A stretch of 64,000 nucleotides of DNA from Felis catus (GCF_018350175.1 NC_058368.1:41108001-41172000); one strand, 5' to 3'; numbered from the stretch's first letter, positions 39,600-52,610 are shown. Made by a program: numbers and translations. The notes: generated by a model not told the origin, from the letters alone.

Positions 39600-39790
39600 T
39601 TAAGTTCATTTATTTATTTGAGAGAGAAAGAGAGAGAGACCAGGGAAAGGGCAGAGAGAGGGAGAGAGAATGAGAATCCCAAGCAGGCTCTGCACTGATA
39701 TGGGGCTTGAACTCACGAACCATGAGATCATGACCTGAACTGAAATCAAGAGTCAGCTGCTTAACCAACTGAGCCACCCAAGTGTTCCCC
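39600..39790 (-). mobile_element. CAN-SINE
   Basis: Antisense head ...CTGAGCCACCCAAGTGTTCCCC; TSD CA(G/C)GTTATTTT. Confidence 0.93.
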
Positions 39791-40015
39791 ACGTTATTTT
39801 CAAACAAGATTTAGATAAGTGGAAATAATATGATAAATAATTTTTTAAAGCCCTGGTACATATATGTAGGTATTGTAAAAGCACAGACAAAACTGTGAAA
39901 GGATACACAAGGTCATAGAAGAAGGGTGGATGATGACCAAGGTGGAAGAAGTGTGGGAGAAAAGCAGAAAGAAACTAATAAAAATTAAACAATTTTAAAA
40001 GACTACATAAATGTT

Positions 40016-40237
40016 GGGGCGCCTGGGTGGCGCAGTCAGTTAAGCGTCCTACTTCAGCCAGGTCATGAGCTCACGGCCCGTGAGTTCGAGCCCCGCATCA
40101 GGCTCTGGGCTGATGACTCAGAGCCTGGAGCCTGTTTCTGATTCTGTGTCTCCCTCTCTCTCTGCCCCTCCCCCGTTCATGCTCTGTCTCTCTCTGTCTC
40201 AAAAATAAATAAACGTTGAAAAAAAAATTAAAAAAAA
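40016..40237 (+). mobile_element. CAN-SINE, young SINEC_Fc type
   Basis: GGGGCGCCTGGGTGGCGCAG head with CpGs; perfect 19-bp TSD AAAAGACTACATAAATGTT at 39997-40015 and 40238-40256. Confidence 0.97.
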
Positions 40238-40419
40238 AAAAGACTACATAAATGTTAAAAAAAATCCACATGGTATCATCACCTAATGCACATGTCATAA
40301 CTATAAATGTCAGGGCATATGCATATAGAAATAAATAAAGTAAAATATTGAATTAAATAATAACTTGAAAATTGAGTCCATCATTGACTCCTATCTAAAA
40401 TTGTCCTTTTCAGCTCATG

Positions 40420-40890
40420 TCTTCCACAGCATCTGGATCTTCTCCTTCATAGCAACCTTCACAATATTTATTTGTAAATTTCATTGTTATTTGCTCTTCT
40501 CCCTCATTTCACTCTCAGACTGAAAGGGGCAGTAAAAATTTCATTTAGTTCAGCACCTAGTACAGCTTATAAATAATCATTTCGTGAATATTGTATGAAT
40601 GAATGAGAGGAAATGTAGCTGTTATATATATTATGAATGGCAGATAAATAGTTAATAATATCAATGTATGTCATGAGGAAACTCAAAATTTGCAGATCAA
40701 GAAAAAGAAGCTACTGAAAAGTCACAAACAAAACTCAGAAAGGTGTGGTGTTACAGAGCTTGGAAGTCAAATAGCCTCAAGACAGAGGGGACAGCCACTT
40801 GTGACACTATTGTAACAGCAAGTTAGATGGGGGATAAAAAATGACCCATAAATTTGGCATCATGGACACAGCTGGTGGCATGGATATAAG
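40420..40890. mobile_element. Two L2 fragments (3' end on + to ~40610; internal fragment on - at ~40670-40890)
   Basis: CAGCACCTAGTACAG...TATGAATGAATGA tail; GGATAAAAAATGACCCATAAATTTGGCATCATGGA antisense L2 motif. Confidence 0.55.
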
Positions 40891-41356
40891 CCAAAATAAC
40901 ATTCAGCATAATTAGCAACCAGGCTAGCAAAATCACCAGTGAATCAGAATAGACATTGTTCTGGGCCCAGAACAGGGTCAAGGAGACCCTCTCTTATACC
41001 AACTATTAACCCTTTAAGTGCTAGATTGGAAGGAGTCTGATGTCTTGAGATAGGTATTGGGATAACCATACAGTGAGAAGGAACTCAGGAGCTCGTGGCA
41101 GCAAAAATGTACCAGTATGGAAGTTGCTTAATAGCTTAGCAAAAGGTAAGGATGTAGGTGTGCATAGCAACTGAGTAACAATCTACAATTAAGCAACACA
41201 GCAGAATGAAGGAGGCAGAGGCTGGGCTGAAGTCAGTTATAGAGTGAATGTGGAACTTCCTTCTCTGACATTACAGCAGCCTAAATGGCATAAAGATTAA
41301 TAATAAAATGAACAGTACGTAACCACCTGCCAGATTAAGAAATGGAACATCACATT

Positions 41357-41524
41357 GGGGCCCCTGGGTGGCTCAGTCAGTAAGCATCTGACTCTTGGTT
41401 TCAGCTCAGGTCATGATCTCACGGTTCACGAATTCCAGCCCCACATCGGGCTCTGCGCTGACAGTACAGAGCCTGCTTGGAGTTCTCTTTCCTTCTCCCT
41501 CTCTCTCTGCCCCTACTCCACTTG

Positions 41525-41580
<56 letters not shown>

Positions 41581-41603
41581 AAAATAAATATAATAAACTT
41601 AAA
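41357..41603 (+). mobile_element. CAN-SINE with long (CT)n, inserted in an old antisense L1 3' fragment
   Basis: GGGGCCCCTGGGTGGCTCAG head; degenerate TSD AAGAAATGGAACATCAC / AAGAAATAGAATGTCAC. Confidence 0.95.
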
Positions 41604-42801
41604 AAGAAATAGAATGTCACCAATAGTTTTGAAAATATCTGCTTGGCCACAAATGTCTCACTTTCCTTTCCCTTTCGACTGCCCTTTCTTGAATTTTGTG
41701 TTTCTTTATCCTTTTTATTTTCTTAAATACTTGCTTAACTTGTTCAGATGGTTAAATAATAGTTTTTTTTTCTTTTTCTTGTGAGTGGAAGGAGTAGTAG
41801 GGATGCCTGAACGTGATACAAATAAAATTATAGTAGATAATAATTTTTTAAATATATTAATCAAATTAACTCATTCTTCCTTTCTCAGGAAGGTTTTGGA
41901 TTTATTGCTCTGTAATAGAGTGTACCGTGTATTTTCAAGGAGACAATATCATTTCCAAGGGGATGATAATTAGTTTTTTTTTTGGGGGGGGGAAATTACC
42001 ATTATGATTAAAACACATTATATCTGTATTATTAAAATTCTGTATGGGAGGGAGATTAGGGGGAAAAGGTCTAAAAACGTTTTTTTTAGGTAGGCAATAA
42101 TGGAAATAAGATTAAAAGAATCTTAAGTAGGTGTGTAAGAATGGGTAAATCAAGAATGAAAAACAAACAATGCTTCCTTTAAATAAGGGAGGAAGAAAGG
42201 AAGGAAGGAACAAGGAAAATATGGAAAAACAGGAAATGACAGCCACACAGCAGGTCTAAAGACTGGCCAGTATGGATAGAGAGGTGTGAGCAGCATCAGG
42301 ACACCCATTGCTAAGAAAAATACCACCTGTTGATGAGAAAAATAAAAACAAATGACTTCTTGATGACAGAACATATTGCCAGAATGGAGGTAGGAAAAAT
42401 TACTGATGTGTACAATGCACATTAACATAGGATGCCCAAGTAAGGCAAACTGAAGCACATAGGAATTGAGGAACTATAGCACTCAGAAAACTTCCTTGGA
42501 AGAAAACAAAACAGAACAAAACACAACACAACTCAATGACATTATCCAGACAAGAAAATAATAATCAAAATGAAGAATTGCTTGAGATACAGCACTGAGT
42601 GTGTATGTTATTAAGCCCAAAAAGATACACAAATATATTTTTAACAAATATCCAATGCTGGAAAAAGTGAGAAGGCAAGAAGTATATCTACTATTTCCTA
42701 AATTTTTAGTCAAGAAAGCAACTGACATGATTTTGAAAAGAAAACAAATTACATACTTTTAGTACAAAAGTAAATCTTGTCTTATCTTTCTTTCCATAAA
42801 T

Positions 42802-43280
42802 TGTGGTGAAGGTCAGAAATCAAGATTCAATATTAACTCTTGCCTTGACATCTGCAATTTGGAGAGCCTTGAATGGCAGACCCCATGCTCCTCTCTCCCA
42901 CTGAACTCTCATGGTTAAGGACCCTTAGCTAAAAACCCTTCTAAGAATGGGCCCCAGGTATGGCACCTGCTGATTGCTGAGGAGCAGGCTTTGGTTCTCA
43001 GCCAGCCTGTTGAATTATTCAAAGTCGCCTGCATCTTTTCCCATGGGAATCAGGAATCACCTCACCTTTTGTTCCTATAAAACTCTTACAGCTCCTGCTG
43101 GTTCACTCTGTTCCTGAGTACCTGGTAGGCGGTGTCTTCCACTCTGGGCTGTGGGAGCATGTGACCAACTACTGTCAATCTCATCTGACCAGTGGTGGGT
43201 GCCCTGTGTTTGGCCATCCCCTTATTCTGGGACAGCAATCCCTCCCTCGTCAACAGGGTGAAAAGGAAGTAATCAAAACA
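42802..43280 (+). mobile_element. MER70-like ERV-L solo LTR
   Basis: TG...CA termini; TGCCTTGACATCTG, GTTCACTCTGTTCCTGAGT, CTGTCAATCTCATCTGACCAGTG, AATCCCTCCCTCGTCAACAGGGTGAAAAGGAAGTAATCAAAACA match the recalled MER70 consensus. Confidence 0.75.
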
Positions 43281-43521
43281 CAGGTTCCAGCCAGTCACAT
43301 CATCATGTTCATTTTATGCAGTTGAGATAAAAAACAATCAAACAAACGAACAAACAAAAAACCTGTTTTCTTTATTTGCAATATTTAAGGTATAGGTCAT
43401 AAAAATTTTTCCAAAAAAATATGGGATGTTGGTTGATTTCTCTATAAGAAAAATAATTTTATTCTCTTTGTACCTAAGCATTGAATGTAAATAGCTGAGT
43501 AACTAAAAATATTATCTTACA

Positions 43522-43740
43522 GGGGCGCCTGGGTGGCTCAGTCAGTTAAGCATCTGACTTCAGCTCAGGTCATGATCTCACACTCCGTGAGTTCAAGCCC
43601 CACTTCGGGCTCTGTGCTGACAGCTTGGAACCTGGAGCCTGCTTCTGATTCTGTGTCTCCCTCTCTGTGACCCTCCCCCATTCATGCTCTGTCTCTCTCT
43701 GTCTCAAAAAAAACATTAAAAAATTTAAAAAAAAAAGAAA
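43522..43740 (+). mobile_element. CAN-SINE
   Basis: GGGGCGCCTGGGTGGCTCAG head; TSD AAAAATATTATCTTA at 43505-43519 and 43741-43755. Confidence 0.97.
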
Positions 43741-45204
43741 AAAAATATTATCTTATATTGACCATAAACATAAAGGACTTTTAAAACTTTGAGTTTTTAA
43801 GGTATTAAGAAGTCATTTATTTTATTAAATCAGATTTAAATACAAGTAATAAACAGATTCTGTTATTATTATTAAATAATTCTGAACTATCATTTTAGAG
43901 AATTTACCTGTATAAAGTGAGTCTTTATACAAAATATTTATTGCCATTGTTTATATGTTTAAATTACCATAAAGTTTGGTATTCTCTCAAAATACTGAAT
44001 TTACAGTTTTGATTTGAAATGGAAAGAAAAGAAATGCTGTGCTAATTACTGTAATCATATATTTTCCATTTTGTTGAAAGAAAAATAGGTATCTCATTTC
44101 ATCCTTTAGAGAGAGCAAGGAGGACATGAGACGTGAGAAGGAAAGGGCCAAGAAGGGAGAGGTATGGGAGGGGAGGGAGTAGGAGAGAAGATCCTGAGAC
44201 AGAGGGACAGAGCAAAGATTCCACCAATTGCAATTTTACTCATATATTTCAAAATCAAGAATAATAGAAAGGTCACAGTGATTCATTTCTAATAATCAGA
44301 CTTCCTCTTTGTGAGAGTCGCTAGAAAATATGCTTTCAATCCTAAGTAAGGGCATTTTACAAAGACTACAGAATTGATTTACTATTTCCCATTGATCTTG
44401 CTGTCAGTCAATGCTTGCACTAAACACAGAAGAAACAGGCCTTATGAGACGGGCCAGTGGCAACTAAATTGATAATTAAAGTGTGGTTGTACACGTATGA
44501 CCTGAAAATGTAAGCAGTCACCAAGGGAACAATAGAAGGTGATTGATATGGTTTACATTAGCATGCAATTTGAAAGTAAGAGGTTTGAATTAGGGCATGC
44601 CCACAAGGATATGAGTAGACAGATGTTAAAAAGGAGACACAAATCTCACAGAGCCCAAGTATTCAAGAATTCAGATGAAGGACACATTCATGATATTGAT
44701 GTAGAAACCGCATTTTACAGGAAGAAATAAAATACTGTGGAAATCTAACCTGAACACAGCAGACAACTGACATTATACTTCATATCTAAAGCCACAGAAT
44801 CCCTTTATTACAATCACCCAGGGAGTTGAGATTTGTCAGATCACTTTTTATGGGATATTTTCATAAATTTGCCATTGAGTTAATGGGAAAACAGGCACTT
44901 GTGTTGCCTATATGGTCAGAGTGATGCTCTAGTCATGTAACATAGTAAATTGGGACATCCCAACATGCATTATACTGCAGATAAAATTTGAAGACTGTCA
45001 AGAGAGATAATACCTCTAATCATTAAAGTGTCCCATTAATTTGTATTTAGGTAGTCACACAGAAAAAAGGTGTAATTTTATTTACTTATTTTTTACCACT
45101 GTTAAGGAAATCGCATTTCTTGGATGCCCACTTTATAGTAGAATGTTAATGTTATTGCCTGAAAAATCCCAAAAAACTTTGTAACCTAAAACAATATAGA
45201 TTAT

Positions 45205-45640
45205 TAAAAATATCTTTCTAAGCTAACTAAGAAAGACCAAAATAACCAATATTAGGAATGAAATAGGACATTGCATCACTACTGCTTCTCCAGACATTAA
45301 AAGTAATATATGAATATGTTATGAACAAATTTATATCTATAAATTCTACAGCATAGGAAAAATGGACCAATTCTTTGAAAGTGACACACTAATAGAACTA
45401 ATTCAGGCATAATTAAATAATCTGAACTGTTCTATATTTATTAAAGAAATTAAATTTGTGGCTAGAACTCTTTCTGAAAAAGAAAGTTTGGAGTCAAAAT
45501 TCTTTTACTAGTAGATTCTATCAAACACTTAAGGGAAAAAAAAAAAAGAAACACTTCTATAAAAACACTTCCAGAAAATAGAAGAGGAAATGCTTCCTAA
45601 CTCCTTCTATTAAGTCAACATTATCCTAAATCTAAAACTA
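45205..45640 (+). mobile_element. Old L1M ORF2 internal fragment
   Basis: ACCAATATTAGGAATGAAA, AAATGGACCAATTCTTTGAAAG, CTTCCAGAAAATAGAAGAGG...CTTCCTAACTCCTTCTAT. Confidence 0.85.
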
Positions 45641-45679
45641 CACACACATATACACACACATGTTGATCCATTCATAAAC

Positions 45680-46007
45680 CATTGGAAGAAGTGTTGATAA
45701 AATATTGGTGAATGGCTTAAATGTCTGGGCTACTGGCCCCTACTGTTGGCATGTGATACTTGCTGCTCACGTCTGATCCTGATATATTATTTCTGTTTTC
45801 CTATTGATAGCTGCTGGGTTAGTCCAGCTTTCTGACTCTAGGGTCTAAAACAGCCCAGTTCATCACAAGCAGTTTGGGATGCATGAATATTTGATGTTCC
45901 CCTGTCAAGTTCACCCTCTCTACCAGAACCCAATGTCAGGTGTTTGCTGTTGTTGTTGTTTGGAAATGTTTATTTATTTTTGAGAGAGAGAGACTGAGGG
46001 GAAGGAC

Positions 46008-46041
<34 letters not shown>

Positions 46042-46620
46042 GGAGAGAGAGGCGCAGAGAATCCCAAGCAGGCTCTGCACTGTCAGTGCAGAACCTAACG
46101 CAGGACTCCAACCCACATACCGTGAGATCATGACCTGAGCTGAAATCAAGAGTTGGACACTTAACCAACTGAGTCACCCAGGCACCCCAAGCCAACTAAT
46201 CTTTTTCCAAGGTGTTTAAATCTCTACTTCAAATAGCATTGCCTAGCTCCATAAACCTAAGATTTTTCACTGTGATTTTTCTACTGGTGCTTGCCATAAA
46301 TTCTACAAGTTATCTTACCATCTATACTAGAAGGTTACATCACAACTTTTCTGATGCCTCACACTTTAAGGCACCTAACCTTAAAGTATGCCAGGTTATA
46401 TTGTTCAAGTGGAATGGTTGCTTGTATCACAACATAGTCTTCCTCCAGGGCACTTTCCTGAAATAGGTAGAACTTAGCTGGAAGTTTTGCTTGTCTCCTT
46501 GTCGGTAGATAAGAACAGTTTTCCTGTGTGTGTTGTATACTGTCTCTAGAAGTCAAAGAAGATGTCCACATTTTTGCTAAATTCTTACTGGTGGGAGGAA
46601 AAGGTGCAATTCGTTTTCAT
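45680..46620 (-). pseudogene. ERV-L pol remnant (RT thumb/connection toward RNase H), interrupted by a SINE
   Basis: Manual minus-strand translation: QESALEEDYVVIQATIPLEQY, LWQAPV, LGLWS*AM, HWVLVERVNLTGEHQIFMHPKLLVMNWAVLDP, colinear with recalled HERV-L QEKALQQVQAAVQAALPLGPY / LWQAP / LGFWSKA / YWALVETERLTMGHQVTMRPELPIMNWVLSDP. Confidence 0.85.
45941..46188 (-). mobile_element. CAN-SINE in ERV-L pol
   Basis: Antisense head ends CCAGGCACCCC; (GA)n; tail with (GTT)n; no TSD seen. Confidence 0.94.
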
Positions 46621-46629
46621 CCAAATGAA

Positions 46630-48105
46630 AATATTTTAAATTGTTAATTTGACTTTTTGGTGTACATTTCTACGCATTTTAATATTTCTGCAATAGACGC
46701 CAAAGTCAGGATACATAAATATTCCGTCAATCAAAATTCCCTCATGCTATTCTTTTACAACATTCTCCTCTGATCCATAATCTCTAGCAACCACTCAGCT
46801 GTTCTCTATCACCATAGTTTTATCTTTTTGACAATGTCCTATAAATGGAATCATACAGCACATAACCTTTTGAAATTGCTTTCCTTCACTCAGGATAATG
46901 CCTTTGAGATTATCCAAGTTGTTGCATACTTAATTTTATTTAATTGCCAAGAAAATTTCTATTGTGTGTTATGTTAAGGTTCCTGGACCAATTCCAACAT
47001 GATAGGCAGGGAGTTGGGGTCCACACATGCACCAAGCAACTTTCAGATCCTAGCAGGGTGTCTAAGAATTCAACTCAATTCTGACCCTATCTACCCAGAG
47101 GTAACATTAGGTTCTATAGCCTAAGGCTTGAGTCCTACCAGACTGTCCTCCATGCCCCACTTCAGACACCAGTTGTAAGCTCCTGCCTCTCACCTATGCT
47201 TATGATCGATTGGAAGTTCCACCAACCCTTCCTTAGGTTTGATTAGTTTGCTAGAGCAGCTCATAAAACTCAGGGAAACACATCTATCAAGTTTATTAAA
47301 AAAATATGATAAAGATGATGAATCAACAGCCAAGTGAAGAAATACATAGGGCAAGGTATGGGTAAAGGGCTTGGAGCTTCTCAGCCTACTCCAGGTGTGC
47401 CACTCTTCCTAATCCCACATGTTTACCAACCTGGAAGCTCTCTGAACCCAGTCCTTTTGGGTTTTTATGGAAATTTCATTACATAGGCATGACTGACTAA
47501 GTTGTTGGCCATTGACTGATTGAACTTCCAGACACACATCCTTCTCTGGAGGTCAGAAGATGGAACTGAAAGTTCCAGTCTTCTAAATACATGTTTGGTC
47601 CTCCTGGCAATCAGCCCCTGTCCTTGGGTGTGGTCTAGAAGTCACCATCATTAAAACAAAGTGCACATTTATGGTCCTTGTCATAGGAAATTCCAAGGGT
47701 TTCAGGAGCTCTGATCCAGGAACCATGGACAAAGACCAAATACATATGAAAAATATATTTTGGTCATCTGAATGACCAAATATATTATTTCTTATAAACC
47801 ATAATGTTGCGTGTGGATGTATCAGTTTGTTTATCCATTCACCAACTGAAGGACATTTGGGCAATTTCCAGTGTATTTTATTACAGTTACAAGAGTTGCT
47901 CTAAATATTTATGTATAAGTTTTTGTATAAATATACATTTCCATTTCTCTATAGTGAATACTCAGGAGTGAGATTTCTGTGTCATACAGTAAGCGTATTT
48001 ATCTTCATAAGAAACTTTAACCATTTTTCAGGGTGAGTGCACCAATTTGCATTCCCACTAATAATATATAACATTCCTAATTCTATAACCTCACCAGTAG
48101 TGAAT
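46630..48105 (-). mobile_element. L1M 3' end inserted into ERV-L, itself split by an LTR
   Basis: CTAGCAACCACTCAGCTGTTCTCTATC, ATAAATGGAATCATACAG, then TTTATCCATTCACCAACTGAAGGACATTTGG and TTGCATTCCCAC. Confidence 0.85.
46967..47811 (-). mobile_element. MER21-like LTR nested in L1
   Basis: AATTCAACTCAATTCTGAC, TTTGCTAGAGCAGCTCATAAAACTCAGGGAAAC, GGAAATTCCAAGGGTTTCAGGAGCTCTG; 4-bp TSD TGTG at 46963-46966 and 47812-47815. Confidence 0.82.
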
Positions 48106-48109
48106 GCCT

Positions 48110-48900
48110 GGTGTGGCCTAAACCACTAACCTCTAAATACTTCACAGATATGACATTATCCTGAATCTTTCTGTATTTATTTCTTACCTTCTAGAACACA
48201 GGTTTCTTAACAAGGCTTCCAAGGCTACTTTTCACTTCTGCTTATTGCCAATTAACATGGTGCCATCAGAATGTCCAGATGGTTTACATCACTTTGGATG
48301 ATAATTTGCAGAGGATGGGGCAGATAACATAGCCCTTGGGCAAGACTATCAACGAGTACTTTTATGTGTCTTTTGTTAATGAAAACCCCTCTGTCCTTCC
48401 TTATGGATTATTAGAGAATATATTTGTTTGATTAATGGCCTCTTACCTGTACCTGTAGCCATGTTATTCTGTTCTAGCAAAGATATTACATTTAGCACTG
48501 CAACTGCATTTTGAATTACTACTTCGTTGACTTTCCTGAAATCCACTGTCATCTTCCATTATCCATCTTGTTTTCCGGGGGTACAGACAATGATTAAATG
48601 GGGTCCTGATAGGGGACATGAACCCTGCATCCACTGGGTATTCAAGGATGGCAATAATCACTGTCATTCATCCTAGGATATATATTTTTTGATTAAATAT
48701 TCTGATCAGGGTGAGAGAAGTATCATAAACTTCCATGTTGCCTTCTCTATTGTGAAATTTCTTACACCATGGGCCATGTAATCAATGTGGGAATTCTGCC
48801 AACTCCCAAATATCCCCATTATATTTATACATTTGGCAACCAGGGAAATGAATAATGGATGGGTCTGTGGACCCAGAGAATCTACTGTGAACTGTAGAAA
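48110..48900 (-). pseudogene. ERV-L protease C-terminus and RT N-terminus remnant
   Basis: Manual minus-strand translation: GPQTHP...GSWQNSHI...GVR...KATWK; DAGFMSPIRTPFN; KQDG*WKMTVDFRKVNEVV...VISLLEQ; YSLIVLPKGY, colinear with recalled HERV-L GSWRMTVDYRKLNQVV and YTFTVLPQGY. Confidence 0.9.
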
Positions 48901-49785
48901 TTCTGCCTTTACTCTAACAAGTAGATTTAATAATCTTCATAAAATTAGAATCGTGAAGGCAACCTAGTAATTGCTTACTATATGTGTATTATTTCAGGGA
49001 CATTGTTACAATGTGTCTCATACACATCTTTGATTCTTATTGAAGAACTACAATGGCAGTTTGAAAACAAAGTTGACTCCAGATGTATATAAAATCACTT
49101 ATCATTCTGTAATTTAAATTAGCTGATAAATGCTTCCAATCATAGTCTTCCATTTACTTTTAGTCACTGTTGCTATTTCATGCCTAAATTTTAAGTTTAT
49201 GTTCAATTAGTTGTTTTTACTCTGTGTTTTCTATCTAGTTTTGCTTTATACTCTTCGCTTTGAATTTAAGCATATTTCAAAACCATGAGTAATCAAAATT
49301 TAAAGGATGTCACTGCTAGTGGTGTAATTATGAGAATACACAGATGGCTTGTTAAGAGAGGAGGGGGGAAAAAAGCCTGAGCAAAGCTGCAAATGCTAAC
49401 TTTCAACCTGGGAATCTTTCTCCCTGTAACATAAGTTCATTGCCAGCAAGTTGTATGACCACACTAACCACACTAACAACTGTAAATGAGAATCAGGATT
49501 TTAACAAGAGACTGATATCCAAAATGTATTGATTCTCAAGTACAGCTATATATCCCTTCTCCACTGAGATAATTTCAAAGTTTTCATTTGATTTTAAAGT
49601 GTATTTTATAGAAGTCAATGTATTCAACAGGAAAATCCAAACCAAAGGTAGTCCTGACTTTAGCAGATGCTCTTAAGAAATTTTGGGGAAAATATAGCAC
49701 AAAAATATTTTATCTTTAATTATGAAATAAAGCTGATAGTGACTATGGATGCACTATCAGACTGAGTACTTAAAAATATAATTCT

Positions 49786-49839
49786 TCTTTTTAAAAATTT
49801 TTTTAGAGAGCACGAGTGAGGGAGATGGGCAGAGAGAAA

Positions 49840-49891
<52 letters not shown>

Positions 49892-50010
49892 AGCAGGCTC
49901 CACGCTCAGCACTGAGCCCTACTCAGGGCTCGATCCCATTACTCTGGGGTCATGACCTGAGCTGAAATCAAAAGTTGGACACTTAACCCACTGAGCCACC
50001 CAGGCGCCCC
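49786..50010 (-). mobile_element. CAN-SINE with long (GA)n
   Basis: Ends CCAGGCGCCCC; partial TSD ATATAATTC. Confidence 0.95.
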
Positions 50011-50109
50011 ACTATATATAATTCATAAAAAGGCTTTAGTCTTACTTCAGTAAATGTTTATTGTCTACATAGGCAGTCATGAGACTTAAGTTCCAAGTTT
50101 TGTTTCACT

Positions 50110-50328
50110 TTTTTGGTGTTTTGTTTTGTTCTGTTGTGTTTTGTTTTGTTTTGTTAGAGAGAGAGAGAGAGAGTGAGAGAGCAGTAGAGGGAGGGGCAGA
50201 GAATCTTAGGCAGACTCCATGCCCAGTGCAGAGCCCAACAAAGGGGCTCAGTTCCACAAGTCTGGGATCATGACCTGAGCCAAAATCAAGAGTCAGGTGC
50301 TCTACTGACTGAGTCACCCAGGTGCCCC
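50110..50328 (-). mobile_element. CAN-SINE with (GTTTT)n tail
   Basis: Ends CCAGGTGCCCC; degenerate TSD TGTTTCACTTTT / TGTTTTACATTT. Confidence 0.93.
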
Positions 50329-52610
50329 TGTTTTACATTTTATTAAATTTGATCAAGTATATACAAAAAAAGTCTCAGTCAGTGTGGCTCTCATTTGCCT
50401 TATTCTCCACTAACACTATCACACACCAAAACAGAAAATGATCTTCACAGGGGTAAATGTTACTTCAAAGAATAAATATGCACTCTCTAAAATTTAAGCC
50501 ACTGTCTCTTTTTTTCCCCCTTTGGCATTTTTTAAAATAGAAGAAAAAAGATGTATTTTCAAGTGATACATAAGGCAAAAATTTTTGATATATTTGGGAG
50601 TAAGGCAATGAACATAAAGAATGTGGCTATAGACCATTTTATTTTTAGAATTGTAAAAACAGTTTTAATTAAAAAAATGTTTTAATTATTTTCACTTATG
50701 TATCCTATAAGTGGGTATTTCATTCTGTTCTCATTTTATGATTTTCCAAATACATACATAAGCATATATGTGATCCATCAGATGGCTACGTCATAGCTAT
50801 GGACTGCTTTGAAATTTCATCACCAAATTTTAATTTCTATTTATCATGGTTTGGCTTCATATATACTACATTAATTATGTAGGTAATTAGAAGGAAAATA
50901 AAATCATTCTAAACAAGTTACCCACAAATAACATAACAGTATTTCATTCATGACTGTGCTTATGACACTTCCTCAAGTGAGACTATCTGATCAAATAAGT
51001 ACATATCAGTTAGACAACTGAGATTTCAAGAAAGATTCAAGGAAGAAAGGTGTTTTGTTTTGTTTTGTTTTGTTTTTTCCTTTCTGTTAATGTGGCCATA
51101 ACTTCTGCTGGCTGCCATTAGGTATTTGTGATGCTTTATTAGAGTAGATCAACCAAATCCTCATAAAATTTTCAACTTTTCAGAAAAAAAGACTCCTCTT
51201 TCCCCAGATATTTTTTGAATACTGAGAAAAATGTCAAGTCTCTCAAATGCAGCAAAGTAAAGATGAAAGAAGAAATGATTATCTTTTGTGTTTTAACATT
51301 CTGTTAGGAATATCCATGAAGGTTGAGGGAAAAAAAAACTTGGCTTATGCTTCTTGAAGGGGCCAAACAAATTTTCCTTGACAAGTCAAATGACTTCTAA
51401 TGAATGACTTCAACATAAAAAGGTGTGTTTTTTTAAATAAAAAGCTTTTCAATTTTGACTAGCTGTGATCACTTAAACAATCATCTAATAATAACAATAT
51501 GGAAGGCATTGAAATTTGCCAACTTCATGAGTAAACTAGAATCCACATGTTCAAAGAGTTTATTGGTCTTCATAAGTAATATTCAGCAACCCCATATATA
51601 TTCTTTAATCTAAAATATATTAGCCAACAATTTGAATAACTTTAAATAATCCTTATTTTTATAAATATTGTTTGTAATGTAGTTCTGTCTTATATTTTAA
51701 TATCACTCATAATCTTATTCACAGTGAATTTTAAATTCTTCGTTTTTTTTCAATTATCACCATAATTTTTTCCAGAGCCTCTAACATTTCTCACTTTTTT
51801 CCATGCTTTCTAACTTTGTTTAACCACAATACTACAAATATCTCACCATTTTCTCTGGCTTTGTTATTATTCCTCACCTTTCTTTAAGCTAAAATCACAC
51901 ATCCTTTCCAATTGTTCTATTTCATATGATAGCCTTTCCATTTTCTTCCATTGTCCTCAAGCACACTTTTCTTTGCAATTATTCATTTGCTTTTCCAGCT
52001 ACTATCTCCATGAAAAGATTTAGGTTGTGGTGTCCTACATTTTTAGAAAGCTTTTCCTAATCATCAGTTCTTCTGATAATTAGTACAAAAAACTTACTAG
52101 CAACTTTCTTTGCTTTTTAAAGTCCTGACAGTGAATTATTTATGAGACATATGTAGGATGATTTTTGGTTTCCATCTAATTCTTTTATGAACCAGACTTG
52201 CTATCCAGATACCATATTAAATACCTCATTCAAAATTTACCACATAATTAAAAGGTGAAATGGAATCTAGAGGAGAAAAGTCATTTTTTCCCGAGAATAT
52301 AGCATGATCTAGTAGAATTAGAAAAGGCAAAAATCACAGATATAACAAAACTAGCTTCAAACTTTTCAAAGCACTTCACTATTCCCCATTTTTAAAGGGG
52401 ATATCTGTTCTCTACCACTGTTACCAAGAGATGTCATTTAAACTAATTGTGTCTCTGAATAAAAACTATTATACATTTTTTCTGTTAATATTATATTATA
52501 TATATTGTGTTACACACACACACACATATATTTATGTTTATTTTATCTGATATTATACCAATGTTTGTTTCCTCTGCAAAATGTTCCTTTCTTTTAAAAG
52601 TCAGGTTTTA

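Noticed and set aside
40016..40100. tRNA-like A/B boxes in SINE heads
   Set aside because: CAN-SINEs are tRNA-derived; these are not tRNA genes.
40957..40974. Perfect 18-bp palindrome TGTTCTGGGCCCAGAACA (everted AGAACA half-sites)
   Set aside because: About 0.24 such 9-bp-arm palindromes are expected by chance in 64 kb at uniform composition, and the arrangement is not the canonical IR3 steroid response element.
47752..47786. Hairpin AATATATTTTGGTCAT-CTGA-ATGACCAAATATATT
   Set aside because: It lies inside the MER21-like LTR and is probably intrinsic to that family rather than locus-specific.
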